A program made the position numbers and the translations under genes. 64,000 nucleotides of DNA from Chloropicon primus. Taxonomy: Eukaryota. The stretch is taken from the NCBI GenBank assembly GCA_023205875.1, contig CP060757.1, positions 682,001 through 746,000 on the forward strand, given 5' to 3'. This document shows, in pieces, positions 12,201 through 23,138 of this stretch. Under the pieces are notes generated by a model that made no database searches, was not told the origin of the DNA, and saw only the letters and a list, made by a program, of their open reading frames with translations. The stretch's first letter is position 1. Every line of letters starts with the position of its first letter.

Positions 12201-13094
12201 AACGCGTCACAGCTCGGCGGCGTGGCCTCTTCGGAGAGTCCTGACTCCGGCACCGGATCATCCGAAGAGAACTGTGCAGCGGCTTCGTCACCGGCCTCGG
12301 AAGATTCAGAGAAGCTGCCCTGAATTTTGTCCAGCGTGCTCTTGAGCTTGCTCAGGGTCGCGTCAAACTCGTCATCTTCCTCCTCGCCTGCCGCGTCGTG
12401 CAGTCCCCCCCCAGCGCCGCTATGTTCGCGTTCGCCTGCCCACAGCAAGTTGACCTCCAAGGGTCGATCCATCCCTTGAGGTATCGCGAGGGTTCGGTTC
12501 TCGCCCTCTTCCCACCTGTGGCCGTGAGGACCAGCGACCACGCACTGTTTTCCAAAACAATCAAAGGGAGGCAAAGCAATAATCCAAGCAAAGAGTCAGG
12601 GACCGAGCAGCCCAAAGGAGTCCAGGCGAGGCCCCGGGGGGCGATCTGCGCGCACGCATTCTCACGGAACGTACCTTGAACTCGAAGAAATCTCCCGCGC
12701 GGAGGCTCGCAGTGGTGGTCCATCCGGCCCCTCGGGGCTCGAAGCAAAGCCCCTCGCTCGCGTCCCACCTCCCCAGCTCACTGCTCTGGCCCACCAGGAT
12801 CAGCCGCTCGTCCTCGCCCACTTTGGGAAAGCTCGACAGATTGAAAGACACCTCAACCCTCTGGGCCATCGAGACGGACCCGCTGGCGTTCCCGTTACCC
12901 CTGGATCTCGCAACAAGTGCAGGTCCCCTTCCAACCCCCCCCACCCTGGTGGTCGGGGTGATCTGTCTCCTTCGCGTCACGAGAACCACCCTCGGCTTGC
13001 CAGGCACTTTCCTGGAGCTACACGAGCACCTCTCAATCCCCCCCACCCCCACCCCTCTCCCCCAACCAACATCCGTCCCTCTTCTCACCCTCAT
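9269..13094 (-). CDS. PWD: Phosphoglucan, water dikinase with transit peptide and CBM20 (2 exons)
   Basis: Exons 13094-12675 and 12544-9269. CBM20 LVGQSSELGRWD..FEFK; PLTRIRDIAHRNDIP..KLHRNAGPEDL; phospho-His LPHLSHLAIRARQ; RSSANVEDL..AGLYDS; QDIEG..VQSRPQ. Confidence 0.93.
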
Positions 13095-13335
13095 CCTCTC
13101 CTCCTCTCCTCTCCTCCGCTCGCTCCTCTCGCTCTTGTTCGTTGAACTTTCAAAATGATGATCTTGCAGGTTTTGCCTTGGAAGAGGAAGAGGAAGAGGA
13201 GAGGACAAAGGTTGTGCCTTGGAGTGTTGTTCGCAGGGTCTGTGTGGTGTGCGCGGTCGGTCTGTCTGTCTTGCGGTGTGCGTGGAATTCAAAAGCTTGA
13301 AAGGTTTACGGTGTTGGAACGTGGAGAAGGGGGAA

Positions 13336-13370
<35 letters not shown>

Positions 13371-13400
13371 TGGTTGTCTGTTGTGTGAAGCACTATCAAT

Positions 13401-13683
13401 ATGAGTGATAACCCGTGGGACCGACTTGGTCGTGGGAGCTCGGCAGGGCGTGCTCTCTTCGCGCTGTACTCGGGAGACCTGGCAGGAAGGCAGGCAGGAA
13501 ACAAGTACAGTCAAAGAAATAGGGACAAGTTCATCAAGCAACTGCAGCAAGTGAACAGAGCGTTCGAGGAGGAGAAGATAGAGAAGCCAAAGGCGATACC
13601 CAAGTCTCAAGCAAAGGTAATGCCTTCTCGTCGTCGCGGCTTGGCTTTCCTGTACACTGACGCCTTCCTCCTTCGTCCACCCT

Positions 13684-13716
<33 letters not shown>

Positions 13717-14301
13717 CCTTCCTTCGTTCCCTTTGTGACCGACTAACCGACAGGTCACGGTGCCAAAGTTCAAGAAGAAGAAGTCGTCCTCGAGCAACAA
13801 CAGTTATTCCATTCCTGCGGGCAAGAAGCCAGCACACTTGATAAAGGATGAGCTCAAAGTGCTGGAAGACGACCTCAGGAACGAGGCGACCCTGATGCAG
13901 CCAAAGAGGACCCTCATTGGAGAAAGGGAGAAGCAGAGGTACGCTACGCACCTCGAGTGGAACGGCAATCCTCCCCAAGAGCTCCCAGCGGATTGGCAGC
14001 CAAGGAAGTCCAAGGGCAGGAGGACGGAGAAGGAGGAGCTTAGGGATCTGTTTGACGCGACGATGAGCGAGATAGACGAGAGAAGAAATTTCATGGAGGA
14101 GATGAAAGCTGCTGGAAAGGGGCCAGCGGTCTTGCAGCAGATCAAGGGCGAGATCCAAACGGTGAGCAAAGTCGGGAGAAGACCTCTGATCTTGTCCCCC
14201 ACTCTTTTCTGACAGCACCTCTCCCTTCCCCGAAAACCTTTGCGCAGAGAATACACGACTTGAGGCGCATCGATGAGCTTATGCAGGAGGCAGCCGATTA
14301 G
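13401..14301 (+). CDS. UPF0193/EVG1 (C22orf23-like) protein (3 exons)
   Basis: Exons 13401-13616, 13754-14161, 14248-14301 join in frame. C-terminus LFDATMSEIDERRNFMEEMKAAGKG..IKGEIQTRIHDLRRID resembles UPF0193. Confidence 0.65.
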
Positions 14302-14410
14302 CGACCAGGCTTCTTCGCCGTATCTATACGGATACAAAGCCTGTAACTAGATTACAAAAGCAAAAGAAAAGTTTTTGTTGTATTGTACGAACTATATCTA
14401 AGTTTCCGAC

Positions 14411-16699
14411 TCACCACAGGTGCTTAAACCGTGAATCCAAAATTGGTGAGTAGCCGGCCGTGAAGCCCTGCTCTTGAGCGTTCTGAATGCCAGAGCTCCA
14501 GCCAGAGTAAGCTGCTGTAGATCCATTTCCATTGGTGTTGGCGTTGGCGTTGCCACCCGTCTCGTTCCCGAGGGGGTCCTCAGGCGAGGACGCATCCGAA
14601 GGGGCCTTAGCCAACCCCAAGTTGTCCTTGCCGCCGGTCGCCCAAGGGTCAGGGCCGTAGCCCGGTGGTGGCGGCGCACCTCCGACAGGGACGTAGGACC
14701 CTTGCCCTCCCTGCACGTTACCCTGCTGCTGCTGCCTCAGCAGCGGTCCGCCTCCAACCGGAGCAGAAAACAGAGACTCTCCCTTCTCGGACAAACCCAT
14801 CTTCTCCAGCTGCTGCTGCAGAGTCGGCATGTTGTAAGGCTGGTCCAGCGGCCCCGCCGCCTGTGGCATCCCATTCTGCTTCCCATCCGAAACAACAGCG
14901 GCGTTCGTGGGCCACACCTGCTGCTGGCTCCTGTTCTGGCCCATGTCCTCTGCCCCATAGTACTGCGGAATTGATGTCTTGATGTTCCTGAAAAAGTCGT
15001 TTGGCAACAAAAAGTCCCCGTTCTCGGCGTTGGCCGCCTGCAAGGGGAGAGCCATTTGGTGCTGCGGGTACGAGGGCATGGTGCCAGACCCGGGCTCCGC
15101 TTGAGGCTTCAACTTCTCCTGGGAAGGGACCCCCTCATGCTGCCCCTGGAGGGGGGTTCCCTTTGGAATGTGTGTCATGCACTCAATGTATCTATTTCCC
15201 ATCATCTCCTTGTGCTTGGTCTGCCTCGCGACTTCTGCCTCCTGCGAGCTGGAGAACTGGACGTATGCAACCCCATTGCAAGTTCCCAGCCTTCCCTCCC
15301 TCTCTGGCCTCGTCATGAGGACAACCCCAAGCACCCCATATTCCGTGAAGAATGCCCTGATGTCCTTCTCCTCCGTGGTGTACGGCAAGCCCCTCAGCTT
15401 CAGCACGGTCCCTTTTGGCGCGTTTGACAGCATGCGCGTCTTCCCCGTGATGTTGTTCACATGCTTCACCTTGTTTACACCCAGCCCAGACAGGTACTGG
15501 GTCTGGGCGCCCGGGGCGCCGCCCGCGGCGGCCTGGTACTGCGCCGCCTGTCCGCCCTGCACGCCCTGCTGGAAGGAGTTCTGAGACTTGTACCCCGGCA
15601 GCGAGCTCGCCACCTCGAGGAACTCCTGCTTGGTCGCCTTGAAGATCTCGATGTACCTCTTGCCCAGCATCTGCTTCTGGAAAGACAGGACATTCTGCAT
15701 CAGAACGTTTCCCATGAACTCCACGAACGCCTCTCCGGTGGGTCGCCCGTTCGGGGTGAGGGTGAAGACGATGTCCTTCACCGGCTGACCCTCGAAGAAG
15801 CCTCTCACGTCGCGCTCCTGGGCGGAGAAGGGCAGACCCCTGACCCTAACCACCACAGGGCGAACCTGCTGCCCGTTGCTCCCGGCGACCTGGTGCTGGG
15901 CGGCTCCTCCGGCGGCCCTGCTGTCCCTCATCAGCATGTTGCCCCCCCCGTTGGGCGGGGTCGACGACAAGGAGTTCGACTCGCTGGCGCTGCCGCCGCT
16001 GGTGGAGTACTCCGCCACTCCGCCGCCGGAGACCCCGTTCCCGTTCGAGCCGGCTCCTGCGCCCTGCTGCTGGCCGTAGGGGTAGGCGATCCCGATCCCG
16101 GCCCCGCCGCTGACCCCCGGGACCCCCGCGCCCGCCTGCGCCTGCGCCGCGAGCTGGAGGTCCTGGACATGCAGGTGGGCCTGGGCCTGCGCCCTCGAGG
16201 CCTGAGCGTACGTCATTCCGCTGTGAAGGGCGGAGACCGGCGTGGGCACCGGGGCCGGGACGGGGACGGAGTGCGAGGCCGCGAGGCTTCCGTGCCCCGC
16301 GACGCCCCCCGCCACCCCCTCCGCGTAGCGCGAGCCGTTCGCCGCCCCGCTGTTGGTCCCCAGGTGGTTCCCCACCCCCGCGCTTCCGTTGCGCCCCCCC
16401 ACGCCGCCTCCCGAGGTGAGGCCGCTCTTTCCGTCCAAGAAGAGCTCGATGTACCTGTTCCCCATGCTCTCCCTGTTCTTCCTCTGCAGGGCCGCGCTCG
16501 CCTCCTGCTCCGAGTGGAAGTAAACGTAGCCCTCGCCCGTGGGCTTCCCGTTCTTCCTCACCACCACAGTCTTGGCGAGCTTGAAGCCCTCGAAGAAGGC
16601 CTCCACGTCCTTCTCGTCCGCCTGGTAGGGCAGGCCGCGCATACGCAAGCTGTGGCTCGTGCTCGCCGCGCCCCCTCCGCTCCCGCCGCTCACGACCAT
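14411..16699 (-). CDS. hnRNP F/H / ESRP-type RNA-binding protein with three quasi-RRMs and Gly/Gln-rich linkers
   Basis: Three copies of RGLP(Y/F)...GE(A/G)(F/Y)V or GVAYV...GxRYIE. Confidence 0.9.
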   Translation of the reverse strand: MVVSGGSGGGAASTSHSLRMRGLPYQADEKDVEAFFEGFKLAKTVVVRKNGKPTGEGYVYFHSEQEASAALQRKNRESMGNRYIELFLDGKSGLTSGGGVGGRNGSAGVGNHLGTNSGAANGSRYAEGVAGGVAGHGSLAASHSVPVPAPVPTPVSALHSGMTYAQASRAQAQAHLHVQDLQLAAQAQAGAGVPGVSGGAGIGIAYPYGQQQGAGAGSNGNGVSGGGVAEYSTSGGSASESNSLSSTPPNGGGNMLMRDSRAAGGAAQHQVAGSNGQQVRPVVVRVRGLPFSAQERDVRGFFEGQPVKDIVFTLTPNGRPTGEAFVEFMGNVLMQNVLSFQKQMLGKRYIEIFKATKQEFLEVASSLPGYKSQNSFQQGVQGGQAAQYQAAAGGAPGAQTQYLSGLGVNKVKHVNNITGKTRMLSNAPKGTVLKLRGLPYTTEEKDIRAFFTEYGVLGVVLMTRPEREGRLGTCNGVAYVQFSSSQEAEVARQTKHKEMMGNRYIECMTHIPKGTPLQGQHEGVPSQEKLKPQAEPGSGTMPSYPQHQMALPLQAANAENGDFLLPNDFFRNIKTSIPQYYGAEDMGQNRSQQQVWPTNAAVVSDGKQNGMPQAAGPLDQPYNMPTLQQQLEKMGLSEKGESLFSAPVGGGPLLRQQQQGNVQGGQGSYVPVGGAPPPPGYGPDPWATGGKDNLGLAKAPSDASSPEDPLGNETGGNANANTNGNGSTAAYSGWSSGIQNAQEQGFTAGYSPILDSRFKHLW

Positions 16700-17405
16700 A
16701 TCGTCAAGTGGGCAAAATAAATAAAGACAAACGCCACCTCAAAGGGCAGCACGCGCAGACACACGCAACACGCACGCACGCACGCACAACACACACTCGC
16801 AAACCCACAGAAGAACCCCCACTTCTTCGCTATCTTTCCCTCCCCCGTCTCGTCGCGACTCGTCGCGTCCGGACCCTACGCAAACCCACTCCAAGATGGG
16901 TCCCAGCCCCTTCGCCCCCTCGCACTCGCTTGGTCTCTGCCCCCTCACCGACACAACGCAGGTGCCGTGAGCCCAGGTCGCCCGTCTTTGTTTCCCTTGT
17001 TTTGGCCCCAAGTGAGCTTTAGCTCCCTTTCCCTCCTCCCTCCTCTCTCTTTTTCCTGCTCATCCTTTCCACCTCGACTTACAACCAAATAGCACGCGAT
17101 TTCTACACTGCACGCCAGCAATACGAGCACGAAAAACGATTCTTCGAGAGACCTCATCTTAAAAGGGTAAGGAGTACACCGAGCGTTCGGTCTTTTGGCG
17201 AGCGTCGCCGGCGAGCGTCCGCGAAGGCGGGAAAAATGAAAAAATCCTTCTGAAATTTCATGAGAGAAGAAGAGGAAATTTCTGAGGACCCCAGCCCGCC
17301 GCAGCGAAGCGAAGGGCGCGTCGACGAGTCGAGTGGAGGGGTCTGCGGACGATTGCGATTGCTCTCGGTGGCCGGTTGCCTGTGTCTGTGTCTGTGTGTC
17401 AAGTC

Positions 17406-18775
17406 ATGTCGAAACTCAAAGGAAATTTGGACGAGAAGGTCGTTGCGGTAAGTGTGTGCGCTGGAACGAGCTGCGCGTGCGTCCCTTTCTTCGCCGTGCC
17501 CTCAAGAAGAAGATGCTCTCTCGAAGACGTTGACGGATGGACGGACTGACGGACCTCTGCCTCTCGGATCTGCCTCGTCGTCATCACCACCATCACCATC
17601 ACCATCGTCTTCACCGTCGTTGTCGACGACGACAACAACAGGAGCGCATGCAGCAGCTCGGTTTCGACACGAACGATCCGGAGAAGGCCGGCCTGCTGAA
17701 GGCGACGATGGAGAAGCTGGACAAGATCCTGACGGCCAATTCGACCTCGGAGGCCATCCTCCAGGACCTCCACCCCAAAATCAGGGGCAGGGTGGAGAAG
17801 CTGCGCGACTTGCAGGAGGAGTACGACACGCTGGAGGACGCGTTCATGGAGGAGCAGAGGAAGCTCGTGCTCAAGTACGAGGGCCTGTACCAGCCCCTGT
17901 ACGACGCGAGGGCGGAGATCGTGAGCGGGAAGCAGGACGCCCAGATCGAGGCCGTGTACACCGAGGACGAGGAGGAGGCCGGGGCCGCGGAGGCGGGGGA
18001 ACCCGCGGGCCAGGGCGTCCCGGAGTTCTGGGCCTTCTGCCTGAGGAACAACGACGTCGTGTCGGAGCTGATCACGGAGAAGGACGACGAGGTCCTCAAG
18101 TACCTCAAGGACATCAGGTACGAGCTCCTGGGGTTCGACGAGGCCAAGGAGGCCAAGGACGGCGAGGGAGAGGAACAGGACGAGGACGAGGAGGAGGGTT
18201 TCAAGCTCTACTTCGAGTTCGAGGAGGGCAACCCTTACTTTGACAACAAGGTCCTGGTGAAGACGTACAAGATGATCGACGAGGAGGAGGGGATCTTGGA
18301 AAAGTCGGAGGGGAGCACGATTCTCTGGAAGCCTGGAAAGAACGTGACGGTCAAGGTGATGAGGAAGAAGAACAAGAAGGGCGGTAGGTCCAAGGGGCCC
18401 GCGATGACGAAGACCGAGAAGTGCGAGAGCTTCTTCAACTTCTTCTCCCCCCCCGACCCCCAGGAGCTCATCGGAATGGACGACGGGGACTCGGAAGACT
18501 TCGACGAGGAGGAGATGGAGGAGCTCCAGGCGGCGCTGCAGGAGGACTACGAGATTGGTTGTATATTCAAGGACAAGATCATTCCTCACGCCGTGTCTTG
18601 GTTCACGGGAGAGGCCCTCGAGGACGAGGAGGAGGACATGGAGGACGAGGACGAGGAGGACGAGGAGGGCGAGGGCGACGAGGAGGGGATTAGCGTTAGG
18701 GCTCAGTCGAATAGCCAGGCGAACACGTCCGAAGCCTCGCTCCAGGGCGAGCAGCCGGAATGCAAGCAGCAGTAA
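17406..18775 (+). CDS. NAP1: Nucleosome assembly protein 1 (2 exons) with C-terminal CaaX-like CKQQ
   Basis: Exon 17406-17447, intron 17448-17641, exon 17642-18775. GVPEFW, NPYFDNKVLVKTY, SFFNFF, IIPHAVSWFTGEA and an acidic tail. Confidence 0.93.
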
Positions 18776-18830
18776 AATGTACATTTTTTAAAAGGTTTTT
18801 AGGTCAAAAAAGTAGGCTTCTGTTTCCTTT

Positions 18831-20477
18831 TTAATCGTCCCACGAGTCCGAGTCCTCGGAGGACGACTCACTGGACTCTTGGAACTCGATCCAGTCCTGG
18901 AGACCCAGGATCCTGTCCCCCTCCGCTTCCCCTTCCTCGTCGTCCGCCACCACCGAGAGCTTTTGCATCGGCCTGTCGATCTGCTTCCCCAGAACAGTGC
19001 TCCTCCTCCTGTCCAGCTGCTTCTTAAGGGCGGACATCATGTCGTCGCCCTCCTCCTCCCTCTGCACGGGCTTGATGGAGGGAAGCCTCTCCCTGGGCTT
19101 GTGCAGCGTCTTCCTGGCGCCGCCCTTGATCGCATCCAGCATCGCGGAGTGGGGGTCCAAAGCCGCAGCCTTTGCCTTCGGGGCTGCAGCTGGGGCCGAG
19201 TCCTTCTCCCCGCCCTCTCCCGGTGTGGCCACCTTCTTGAGGCTGCCTTTCGAGGCGTTTCGGATCGCGTCCAGGAGGGCTCCCCGACCCCCTTCGGCTG
19301 CGGGTGGTGGGGGTGGGGCAGCCGCGGGCGGCGGCGGTGGCTGTGGGGGGGGAGCTCCCGCAGCTGCAGGTGGTGGAGGTGGAGGTGGGGCAGCTGCCGC
19401 GGGAGGTGGGGGCGGTGGAGGTGGCACACCACCGCTGCTGCCGCTCGCTTGGTTCCCAGATTGGGACGGTGACGGATCCGCGATTCCCGCCTGGTGCGCC
19501 TGCGAGCTTCCAGCGTCATTTACCAAGGTGCTGTCGATCTCCGGCAGACTGTTCACCAAGTTCGCGGAAGGCGCAATGCCCTTCACCGAAATCTCGGTGG
19601 GCATCTGGAACTGAACGTTGTCCGCTATGCTGTCCAGGTCTGGCAGCATGGAGGGCAGGTCCAGGGTGGGCACGTCATTCAGAGTCGGGCGGTAGCCAAA
19701 CTCAAGGGACTGCAACGAGGCTACCTTGTTGTTGTTCGTCATCATGGTTTGAGGCGCTTCACCTATCTCCAGGTTGGGAAGCAAGCTGCCTGCTGCCAGC
19801 AAGGAGTCCGCCTCCTCCCCCTCCTCCGCGTCAGACTCGTTCAGGTTCTCATCTTGCACCAAGTCCTCGCCACTCATTCTGTACACGTTGCGGTCTGTGC
19901 CATAGAGGAGCATACCGTCCACGGAGTCCAAAGTCTTTGGCACCTTGCCGAACTTCTTCTGGCCCTGGCTTCCGACCTTGCCCTCGTCACCCTTGTGCTT
20001 GTTCGCCGCGTAACTGGCAAAGAAGTGGAAAAGCTCCCTCGTGTCCTCCCCTTTGATCTTCCAGCCATCGGACAACAGACCCACGTCTCCCTGGAGCTCT
20101 GAAGTCGACGCACGGCCCTGTCCCGCTTCCTCCTTCTCGGCGTACACGCTGACCCTGCTGTCCTGCGTTTGCTGCCAACGCACCCAGCTGTTCTCGAAGA
20201 TGCTGTTGAAACTTTCGAATTCCCCGGGGCCAACCGGGTACTGCGAGGCGGACTCCACCTTTATAGCCTTCCTGCTCTGCGCCACGGACTCCACCCTGGC
20301 CTTCACGCCCGCCAACCTGGTTTCTATCTCCCCTATCGAAGCAAAGCGTTTGGAAGCCGCCTCTTCCACTCTATCGAACGCATCGTTCGCTGCCCTTTCC
20401 AGTTCCTTCAGGGACTCCAGGATGCACCCGTACGTCTCCTTCGGTTCCTTGTTCTGCCCTATCACCCTCACTTCCAT
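18831..20477 (-). CDS. WASH1: WASH complex subunit 1-like Arp2/3 nucleation-promoting factor
   Basis: N-terminal WAHD-like region (FGYRPTLNDVPTLDLPSMLPDL..IAD), polyproline, WH2 motifs (GRGALLDAIRNA..LKKV), central DMMSALKKQLDRRR, acidic tail with Trp (DSDSWDD). Confidence 0.82.
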   Translation of the reverse strand: MEVRVIGQNKEPKETYGCILESLKELERAANDAFDRVEEAASKRFASIGEIETRLAGVKARVESVAQSRKAIKVESASQYPVGPGEFESFNSIFENSWVRWQQTQDSRVSVYAEKEEAGQGRASTSELQGDVGLLSDGWKIKGEDTRELFHFFASYAANKHKGDEGKVGSQGQKKFGKVPKTLDSVDGMLLYGTDRNVYRMSGEDLVQDENLNESDAEEGEEADSLLAAGSLLPNLEIGEAPQTMMTNNNKVASLQSLEFGYRPTLNDVPTLDLPSMLPDLDSIADNVQFQMPTEISVKGIAPSANLVNSLPEIDSTLVNDAGSSQAHQAGIADPSPSQSGNQASGSSGGVPPPPPPPPAAAAPPPPPPPAAAGAPPPQPPPPPAAAPPPPPAAEGGRGALLDAIRNASKGSLKKVATPGEGGEKDSAPAAAPKAKAAALDPHSAMLDAIKGGARKTLHKPRERLPSIKPVQREEEGDDMMSALKKQLDRRRSTVLGKQIDRPMQKLSVVADDEEGEAEGDRILGLQDWIEFQESSESSSEDSDSWDD

Positions 20478-20708
20478 CCTTCCTCTCTCCTATCCCAAGT
20501 AAAGCTCCAAGCCCTTCGGTGTCTGACCTCCCAGCCTGGTTTTTCCCGGAATGACAGAAGAATTTAGACGACACCGTGGGTGGACGGAAGGGGGAGGACG
20601 ACGGAGGAGAGGCAGACAGGTGGAGGACGAGGGCGAACACGTAGCTGCAGGTGTACGCAGCAAGATCTTTCGGCCAAGACAAGGGAGAAAGGTGTCGAGA
20701 GAAGGAGG

Positions 20709-21483
20709 ATGGACAATTTCGGTGGCGGGGGGATCTCAGACTCTGCTCTGCTTCAGATGGGGTCAGACTTCAACAGCGTAAATTACCTTTACGAATACGA
20801 CGCGAGGAGGCTGATTGCTTTGAGGCACCTGCATCCGAACCCAAACATGTGTTCCCGGGATCAGTGCGTACAAATGATCCACGACGACAACAGGAGGATA
20901 CTGCAGAGAGGGCAAATTCCTGCTGTACCCATTCCACCTCCCGAAGCCGCGAGTGCCCCTCCAAGTGCGCCCTTTGAACAAGGAATGAGTCACCAGTATC
21001 AGGCGCCTGGAGGGATGTCGTCTGGAGGGATGTCGTCTGGAGGGATGTCTTCTGGAGGGATGTCGTCTGGAGGCTTCAACAGGCCGAAAATTCCACCTGT
21101 ACATCATGGTGGGCAACCAGTAGTGGGTGGTAGGAAAAACCAACGTGAGCAGATCGAGTGAGAGTGCCGAGAGGGGCGTGACACTTCACAGCTTTGTGCA
21201 AGCATTAGAAGCGCTTGGTGGGCAGACGACGTACGGCCAGCTTCTCTTCTCAATGAGGGAGGTGATGGAACGCAGTCGTGCAAACAACAGTGAGAACACC
21301 AAGAAGAGCGGGCCCCCGGGTGTTCTGAAGAACATCATTAAAGCCGCTGCGGCCCATGGAATAGAGCAGGCGAGGCATTCCAAGTACGGTAGAAAGCTCG
21401 AGAGGTTTCTTGGGGGCGAAACCCTAATTCCAATGCTGACGTGCTCTCACAAAATCAACCTTCACAGCCCTTTCCATTTGTAA
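20709..21483 (+). pseudogene. Type I metacaspase remnant: Pro-rich prodomain and p10 C-terminus, p20 catalytic domain absent, frameshift near 21138
   Basis: Frame 1 ends PPVHHGGQPVVGGRK then stops at 21161. Frame 2 gives GVTLHSFVQALEALGGQTTYGQLLFSMREVM...IPMLTCSHKINLHSPFHL*, matching the metacaspase p10 pattern GAMTxSFIQA..TYGxLLxxMR..PQL..PFxL. Confidence 0.65.
21008..21073 (+). repeat. 15-bp minisatellite, about 4.4 units (GGMSS)
   Basis: (tggagggatgtc[g/t]tc)x4 plus tggagg. Confidence 0.9.
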
Positions 21484-21653
21484 CGCGAAAAAAAAGTTGG
21501 GCGCCCACTCGATCTATATTAAATTAAATATATTATATATATAAAGCAAAAACTGTGCGGCTCTCTGTCTCTCCCTCTGTGATCATGCCGCAAGAAAGCG
21601 ACGCACTCATGGTTCCACTCTATTACTCTCCTTACCTTATTCCACTTCATTCA

Positions 21654-22504
21654 TCATTTTTTTTTCTTCTTGGAATCAGCTTTCTTCTTGGCCCTCTGGC
21701 AGTCGGGATCCCTGCAGTAAAAGTTGCCCTCTGCCTCGGGGGCCCAATTCACACAGTCGCAGTGGAACCATTCCTGGCAGTACTCGCACATCACCATATC
21801 TCTGTCAGGGTTGAAAGGGTGCTCGCACTCACAGTAAACGGGGACGACATCTGGTCTGAAGTTCCCAGACTTTGGGTCATAGTTGAAACGGTTATAAAAA
21901 TCCATGTCATCGACGTAATCGAGGTCCTCGTACTCTTCTAAGGTGTGGACGTTGCACGTGGACTCCACGCAGGCCATGGAGTTCCAGTCACACACGTGCG
22001 ATGCAAAGAGCTCTTTCTCGCCGTGCCAAGCCTGCTCGTGCAACCATGAAGTTCCAGTCACACACGACAAGGGCGCGTTTTGTGTGGTCAGGGATCGAAA
22101 GTCACGAAAGAAAGGGCTCGGGACAGAGTTGCCCCTCGCGTTCTCTTACCTGTCTTCCCGCGCGAGAGTCCTCCGGTCTGTAATACCACTGCAGTTTCAG
22201 CTGCTTGTTCCCGAGTTTGTCCTTCCTGTGATCCACCACGAGGCCCACGTAGGAAGGTTCGTCGGGGCTCCCGGATTTTACCATCACGTTGTCGCCCACT
22301 GAGATGGAGCCCAGCGAGACACGGCGTTAGCAAGCGTCACGAGGAAAAGGTGGCATCTTGCTGCCAGCGAAGCGTTTTTCGTGGACCAAGAGACTACCTA
22401 CCTTCCACTTTCAGAGGAGTCTTCCTCTTTCGAGCCTTCCGTTTCACTCCCGCATTTTTCAAGGGGGTTTTCTTCTGTTTCTTCCCAACCCTCGCTCGAG
22501 TCAT
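21654..22504 (-). CDS. BAH-PHD chromatin reader, EBS/SHL family (3 exons)
   Basis: Exons 22504-22402, 22298-22150, 22031-21654. VGDNVMVK..YVG..WYYRPEDSRAGRQ|AWHGEKELF; PHD YCECEHPFNPDRDMVMCEYCQEWFHCDC. Confidence 0.9.
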
Positions 22505-22657
22505 GCTTCGTTCTCTCCTCCGTCCGCGCGCTCGTCTCCCCTCTATCTTCAAATGATAAGTGATCTCTCCCGCTCTCACTTCATTTCCTTCGCCTCGTTT
22601 TCACCGGTGAGAGAGAGAGAGAGAGGCGCACACCCACAAGACCTCAAGCTCTCCGGA

Positions 22658-22754
22658 CCAGGGGCCCGCCGTCCCGTCTTCCCGTCTTCCCTCCACACCT
22701 GGCCCAGGGACCCGCCGTCCCGTCTTCCCGTCTTCCCTCCACACCTGGCCCAGG
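22658..22754. repeat. 46-bp tandem duplication (2.1 units, one mismatch) upstream of the BAH-PHD gene
   Basis: ccaggg[g/a]cccgccgtcccgtcttcccgtcttccctccacacctggc at 22658 and 22704. Confidence 0.85.
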
Positions 22755-23138
22755 TCGTGACAACAAACCCAGTCCCCTTCATTTGAACAAACATGAAGAT
22801 GCCTTTTGACAGTTTTCCAATCACGGAGGAAAACAATCATGGACATCAAAAAGTTCCGACGACGAAGAGAGAGAGGAAGGCTTGACAGGGGAATGCCTCA
22901 CAAAAGACATCAAGAGGTTACGTATGAAATGTATCGAGTCCGTTCTTTTGTGTCGAGGAGGAAGGGAAGCAATTTCTCAATTCGGCGACCGCTTGTGAGT
23001 CTTTGCGAGCGACGAAGCTTCGGGGGCGATCCTCCGCGGCGCAGTCAATCCCCTCGTTCTGATCCTGGTCCCCCCTCTCTCAGTCTCAGCCTTAGTCTCC
23101 GTGTCCTTCCCTCGCTCGCTCCCAGGAATGGCGGCAAA

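Noticed and set aside
17537..17641. Poly-His N-terminus on NAP1
   Set aside because: Lies inside the GT-AG intron 17448-17641.
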